Part shown: positions 18,974 to 22,661 of the stretch, piece after piece
Layout: every line of letters starts with the position of its first letter
How positions within the stretch are numbered: the first letter of the stretch is position 1
Origin: a virus
Taxonomy: Duplodnaviria > Heunggongvirae > Uroviricota > Caudoviricetes
Virus record (IMG/VR): IMGVR_UViG_2703718836_000001
Direction: 5' to 3' (one strand)
DNA: 22,661 bases
Notes under the pieces: generated by a model
Told to the model about the DNA's origin: nothing
What the model saw: only the letters and a program-made list of their open reading frames with translations
The model's database searches: none
Translations under genes and position numbers: made by a program

Positions 18974-19250
18974 CCGCAATAGCCATTTTGATATCTTCCT
19001 GGGTTCTCTGTGACTCCAGTGCGATCTGCTGTTTTGCATGCTGGTTAGCCTCCAGAACTGTATTGAAGATTTGTAGTGATTGCAGGACGTTATTGGTAAT
19101 GGCTGTTGCTGATTCAGCATTTCGTACAGCCTCATCAGCACGTTTCTTTTCGTGCTGATATTTGCTGTAGTAGTGGTTGGCAGACCAGATGAAAGAACCG
19201 ATGACAGTAAAGATGAATGCAGAGATAGCCAGCTTATAGCTCAACTTCAT
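18870..19250 (-). CDS. Rz-like i-spanin
   Basis: 126 aa; N-terminal TM segment LAISAFIFTVIGSFIW then helical periplasmic domain; immediately downstream of the endolysin. Confidence 0.7.
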   Translation of the reverse strand: MKLSYKLAISAFIFTVIGSFIWSANHYYSKYQHEKKRADEAVRNAESATAITNNVLQSLQIFNTVLEANQHAKQQIALESQRTQEDIKMAIADDDCASRPVPAAAADRLRKYADSLREHSGYTTTN

Positions 19251-19710
19251 TTACCACCCCACCAGCCTCTTTAAACCGGGAAATCAGGTCACCGATTTTA
19301 TGTTCATACTGACCGTAACCTGCACCAGGTAACGACGCCCAGATATTGCTGCAACGATCGATAGCCTGACGAATATCGCCGCGATCAATCATCGGTAAAG
19401 CGCCACGCTCTTTAATCTGCTGCAATGCCACAGCATCCTGGTTTTTGGGAGAGAAGTCTTTCAGAGCAAGCTGCTTACGGTAGGCATCCCACCAGCGTGA
19501 AAGAAGCTGATAACGTCCGGCGGCTGTTGATTTGAGTTTGGGGTTTAGCGTGACAAGTTTGCGAGGGTGATCAGAGTAATCAGTAAACAGTTCACCGCCA
19601 ACAATAACATCATAACCGTGATTACGTGTCGGTTGTCGCCCGTTATCCGTTCCTTCTGACCATGCCACCATATCGAGGAAAGCTTTACGCTGGGAATTTA
19701 GTACCTGCAT
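19234..19710 (-). CDS. R: Endolysin, lambda R-like lytic transglycosylase
   Basis: 158 aa; QRKAFLDM.AWSEGTDNGRQ.TRNHGYDVIVGGELFTDYSDHPRKLVTLNPKLKST matches lambda R almost residue for residue as I recall it; AAGGAG RBS 6 nt upstream of the ATG. Confidence 0.9.
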   Translation of the reverse strand: MQVLNSQRKAFLDMVAWSEGTDNGRQPTRNHGYDVIVGGELFTDYSDHPRKLVTLNPKLKSTAAGRYQLLSRWWDAYRKQLALKDFSPKNQDAVALQQIKERGALPMIDRGDIRQAIDRCSNIWASLPGAGYGQYEHKIGDLISRFKEAGGVVNEVEL

Positions 19711-19713
19711 AAA

Positions 19714-20049
19714 TTACTCCTTAGAGCCACTAAACTTATTACCGATTACTCGCATTGCAGCTCCACGAATGGCATCAACACCGATCAGCCCAACGCCACC
19801 ACCAATGGCAACAGAAAGCGATTTAGGCCATCCGACATACTCAAGCGCGGATGCAAAAGTCAGCGTCAGAGCACCACAGAGCAAAATCTCGAGCGTTTTT
19901 CGCTTCCAGCCACCACCTCCGCCAAAATAGGCGATACGCAAACCAGCCATAACGATCGACATAATCACTGCCCCCAGCGGGGTGTCTCCACGCCACCAGC
20001 TCTGGAACAACTCCAGCCAGTCCGGCCAAGTATTTGGGTTATGAGGCAT
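19714..20049 (-). CDS. Holin
   Basis: 111 aa with about three hydrophobic segments and a charged C-terminus; directly upstream of the endolysin. Confidence 0.7.
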   Translation of the reverse strand: MPHNPNTWPDWLELFQSWWRGDTPLGAVIMSIVMAGLRIAYFGGGGGWKRKTLEILLCGALTLTFASALEYVGWPKSLSVAIGGGVGLIGVDAIRGAAMRVIGNKFSGSKE

Positions 20050-20093
20050 TTGTAGTTATCTCTCACCTGCGATTATTTGCGGGTGCTGTGTTG

Positions 20094-20122
20094 GAAATAA
20101 AAAGGCCACCCGAAGGCAGCCT
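20094..20122 (-). terminator. Intrinsic terminator after the ATPase moron
   Basis: Minus-strand RNA AGGCUGCC-UUCG-GGUGGCCU (8-bp stem with two G-U wobbles, UUCG tetraloop) then UUUUUAUUU, 23 nt after the ATPase stop. The wobble pairs become C-A on the plus strand, so it is strand-specific. Confidence 0.55.
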
Positions 20123-20145
20123 GATTTAATTATTCACATTAATCG

Positions 20146-21537
20146 TCACTTAATAGGATTTGGTTTTATGTCGTCAAGCCAGTCGTTATCACCTCTTAGC
20201 TTGGCTACTCGTCCTTCAACATTAGTTAACGGTTTATAAGCAGAGTATTTGCCTATAGCCCTAGCAGAATGCTCTCCAGCAACACGATAATTTTGGAAGT
20301 CCAACTCAAGTCCATGCTGCTCCGCTCTCATTCGAATATAGCCACGAAGCATGTTTTCTCTAAATCGAAACCAAGATGGACGATTCCCTAAAGCAGGGAT
20401 GATGATGCATCCAAATGTCGGTTTCTTCAATGCATTGAACTTTCGCTCAAACGTGGATTTATCTAAAGGTGTTACATCAAGCGATTTGCAAATTTTAACG
20501 TACGATTCTGATATATGAGTCTTATGTCTGGTCAAATCAGCCATATCGGACATAGCCCAAAGAATATGCTTATATGACTCATCACGTCCCTCTGTTGCAT
20601 CCGTGTAACTTTGCCTTAAAGTTTCCGAGACTGAATCAATTGCATCATTTAACCCTTTAATGAAAAGGTTGTAGTCAACAGAGCTGTATTCACGTATTGA
20701 GCTTTGACATGTTAAAAGGATTTTTTCACAAATAAGATGAATGTAGTTCGGGAACCCGTCACTAAGACCCGCAATTTTATAGCGGACAGAATCATCGACA
20801 GTCAGGCCAAACTCATCGAAAGCATTATCAATTATTTGAAAACGACCATTCCATGGTAAACTATCGAGATGTACCTGATGTATTTGTCGCTCACTTGATT
20901 TATGCCCTCCGATTAAAGTAACGAGAGAATCACCAATCCCCGTAAAAATTAATTTTACTTCACACGCCTGATCACCAAGTTGCTTAATGAGTGATCCAAA
21001 CTTTTGTCGTTCTTCATCAGAGTCAATTTGGTCAAACTCATCGATAACTATATAAGGAATCTTTGAGTGAACTTTAGTTAAAAATTGCAACGCCCGAACG
21101 GCTGCAGAAACTGAGTCAATTTTCAGTTCTGGATAATTATATTTTTGATTTTGACCAGCATTGATACCACCAATTCCAGCCACATTTAAGCCAAAGCTCC
21201 ATCCCTGTGTATCGATTTTCTTATCCTGAGGTGTGCCTCGCAAAATAATGTCATTCATGACACTTGAAAAAGTGGATTCTTTCTCGCAGCCAACCAAAAT
21301 AGGTTCAGCATCTTCCTGCAGCTTAAAAGCAACAGTTTGCGCTAAGGATGTCTTTCCTACTCCGCGATCACCATAAATGAAAGCATGCCGACCTGTAGCA
21401 TAAAGCGCCAATTCGAGATCGGTTACATGTTTTTCACGTCCAAATAACAGTTCCATAGAAACAACTGGACCCGTTGGTCGCAAAACTTTATGCAGTTTAT
21501 GCATAAAGTCTCGCAAAGAAAGACCTCCACAGAGCAT
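20146..21537 (-). CDS. P-loop NTPase, AAA+/ATPase_2 (Arch_ATPase)-like N-terminal domain with uncharacterised C-terminal half
   Basis: 463 aa; Walker A GDRGVGKTS preceded by LLFGREKHV, Walker B YIVIDEFDQ, sensor-1-like LIFTG. AGGAGA RBS 6 nt upstream of the ATG. AT-rich (one hand-counted 60-nt stretch about 37% GC, against about 65% on a sampled stretch of the sheath gene). Confidence 0.8.
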   Translation of the reverse strand: MLCGGLSLRDFMHKLHKVLRPTGPVVSMELLFGREKHVTDLELALYATGRHAFIYGDRGVGKTSLAQTVAFKLQEDAEPILVGCEKESTFSSVMNDIILRGTPQDKKIDTQGWSFGLNVAGIGGINAGQNQKYNYPELKIDSVSAAVRALQFLTKVHSKIPYIVIDEFDQIDSDEERQKFGSLIKQLGDQACEVKLIFTGIGDSLVTLIGGHKSSERQIHQVHLDSLPWNGRFQIIDNAFDEFGLTVDDSVRYKIAGLSDGFPNYIHLICEKILLTCQSSIREYSSVDYNLFIKGLNDAIDSVSETLRQSYTDATEGRDESYKHILWAMSDMADLTRHKTHISESYVKICKSLDVTPLDKSTFERKFNALKKPTFGCIIIPALGNRPSWFRFRENMLRGYIRMRAEQHGLELDFQNYRVAGEHSARAIGKYSAYKPLTNVEGRVAKLRGDNDWLDDIKPNPIK

Positions 21538-21559
21538 TTTTATTCTCCTGCATTTTTTT

Positions 21560-21597
21560 CGAAAACTATAACATCATTCTTTTTGGCAAGCCTTTCC
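21560..21597 (-). promoter_or_regulatory. Possible extended -10 promoter for the ATPase moron
   Basis: Minus-strand TGtTATAGT (-10 hexamer at plus 21565-21570) about 28 nt upstream of the ATPase ATG; no good -35. Weak, by-eye call. Confidence 0.25.
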
Positions 21598-21628
21598 TAA
21601 ACGCAAAAACCCGCACAATGGCGGGTTC
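21598..21628 (-). terminator. Intrinsic terminator downstream of Q (tR'-like)
   Basis: Stem AACCCGC / GCGGGTT (21608-21627), 6-nt loop, then UUUUUGCGUUU on the minus strand; lies about 50-80 nt after the Q-like stop, where lambdoid phages place pR'/qut/tR'. Confidence 0.5.
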
Positions 21629-21676
21629 TTACTATTATGTTGCTCAGTTCGCTTTTCGTCCCGAGCTTATCACAAT
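21629..21676 (-). promoter_or_regulatory. Candidate late promoter (pR'-like) / Q-utilisation region
   Basis: Immediately downstream of the Q-like gene; contains a CATAAT -10-like hexamer and TTGTGA overlapping the Q stop; elements not confidently assigned. Confidence 0.3.
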
Positions 21677-22255
21677 TCAAGCACTTTCTTGCTCACTTTG
21701 CAATTTAAATCTGTCGCTATTTGTGCCAAACGCATCACATAGTGGAGCGTACAGGAGCGATTCGGCCAAACTTATCCATGTGTCAACTCGGCGGCGACAG
21801 GTAATGAATGCCCAGTCAGGATGTTTAATATGAAGCTCATTGGCCATTTGCAACTTGCTCTTACGCAGACGATACCGGCCAACAATCACACCGTATAGAG
21901 AACGGTAATCATTATTCATCAGCACCGAGGCGATCACACCGTCAATCTTCAGGCCTTCATCGTCCGAGCAAAACGCCAGACTACTTTTGTTTTTACTGTT
22001 GAGTATTTCGCGCAAATAAGCTTCGAGCTCTGGTTTCGTAATGCCTGACTTTTTCATACGGCGCAGCGCATCGTTGATTGCAGTTTTGGTAATTTTGCTG
22101 GATACAAGCAGTTGGTTAAACATGTTACCGCTAGTCCCTCCACTGATATAAGACCAACGCCCCCACATGCGGAGCTTCCCCTGAACCCAGATACTTTCCA
22201 GAGTACGAAGACGAACCATTTCACCCGTTTTGCCAATTTCAGAAGGATTAATCAT
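21677..22255 (-). CDS. Putative late-gene antiterminator (Q-like)
   Basis: 192 aa; position between the nin-region protein and the late promoter/lysis cassette; LRMWGRW resembles the ERWGAW motif of 21-type Q proteins. Family assignment is tentative. Confidence 0.45.
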   Translation of the reverse strand: MINPSEIGKTGEMVRLRTLESIWVQGKLRMWGRWSYISGGTSGNMFNQLLVSSKITKTAINDALRRMKKSGITKPELEAYLREILNSKNKSSLAFCSDDEGLKIDGVIASVLMNNDYRSLYGVIVGRYRLRKSKLQMANELHIKHPDWAFITCRRRVDTWISLAESLLYAPLCDAFGTNSDRFKLQSEQESA

Positions 22256-22269
22256 TTAGAGTTCTCCAC

Positions 22270-22560
22270 TTACGCCAGCACGCCAATTGCCAGCGCACGA
22301 TCGATAAAACGAAATATCAGCTCCAGCTGGGAGCCATACTTCTCTTCAAATGCCACGGTATCCGCATGCAGCTCGTCGTGATGCTTTCTGCACAAAGGCA
22401 ACACAAAGAGGTCATGCGCTTTTGTACCCATTCCACCCTGACCGTGACCTATCAGGTGGTGGGGATCATCAGCAGGCTTTCCACAACATGCACACGGCTG
22501 TGTCTTAACCCAGCGCGTGTACTTTTCATTAACCCAGCGGCGACGTTTTGGGCGTAACAT
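22270..22560 (-). CDS. Nin-region zinc-binding protein (YbcO / DUF1364-like, putative nuclease)
   Basis: ORF track extends to 22650 (GTG), but the ATG at 22560 has a GGAG RBS 6 nt upstream and gives a 96-aa product; CxCCGK...HHLxGHG...C..HH Cys/His pattern. Confidence 0.45.
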   Translation of the reverse strand: MLRPKRRRWVNEKYTRWVKTQPCACCGKPADDPHHLIGHGQGGMGTKAHDLFVLPLCRKHHDELHADTVAFEEKYGSQLELIFRFIDRALAIGVLA

Positions 22561-22661
22561 AAAAGACTCCGGCGACTCCGGATCCACTTTCAGCGCCAGC
22601 ACCTTTTTCGCCTTATCATGGATGATGCTGGTGGCAGGAATCGAAGGCACAAGGTCACTTT

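Noticed and set aside
18683-19141. Full-length 152-aa ORF as a single gene
   Set aside because: The N-terminal 56 codons are an out-of-frame overlap with Rz; only the part from the internal Met (about 18973) looks like a lipoprotein o-spanin.
22561-22650. N-terminal 30-codon extension of the YbcO-like ORF from a GTG at 22650
   Set aside because: The ATG at 22560 with a GGAG RBS gives a product of typical family size; the extension may be the 3' end of an upstream gene outside the window or simply open frame.
1-22661. CRISPR array, tRNA/rRNA genes, integrase or attachment site
   Set aside because: No repeat-spacer periodicity, no recombinase-like ORF and no obvious tRNA-like structure seen by eye; the window appears to lie within the prophage late region. 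tRNA absence cannot be fully excluded without a dedicated scan.

Overview
This window is almost entirely one minus-strand late-gene transcription unit of a temperate enterobacterial prophage; no credible plus-strand gene, tRNA, CRISPR array, integrase or att site was seen. Reading 5'->3' on the minus strand (window end to window start): a nin-region Zn-binding protein and a Q-like antiterminator; a late promoter/terminator region; an AT-rich single-gene P-loop ATPase moron with its own RBS and terminator; a lysis cassette (holin, lambda R-like endolysin, overlapping Rz/Rz1 spanins); a second AT-rich island (~17% GC on one hand-counted 60-nt stretch) with two small orphan ORFs and a terminator; an HNH endonuclease and candidate cos region; an HK97-type packaging and head module (TerS, TerL, small 2-TM protein, portal, prohead protease, major capsid protein); head-tail connector genes; and a Mu-like contractile tail module (small ORF, sheath, tube, frameshifted chaperone, tape measure, DNA circulation protein, baseplate hub, gp45-48-like baseplate proteins, start of the tail fibre). 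The best candidate for an undescribed accessory system is the 463-aa ATPase inserted between Q and the holin; the two small ORFs between Rz1 and the HNH gene and the membrane peptide between TerL and portal are secondary candidates. All family assignments are from reading the translated ORFs by eye and from memory of family motifs; no database search was run, and start coordinates are approximate.
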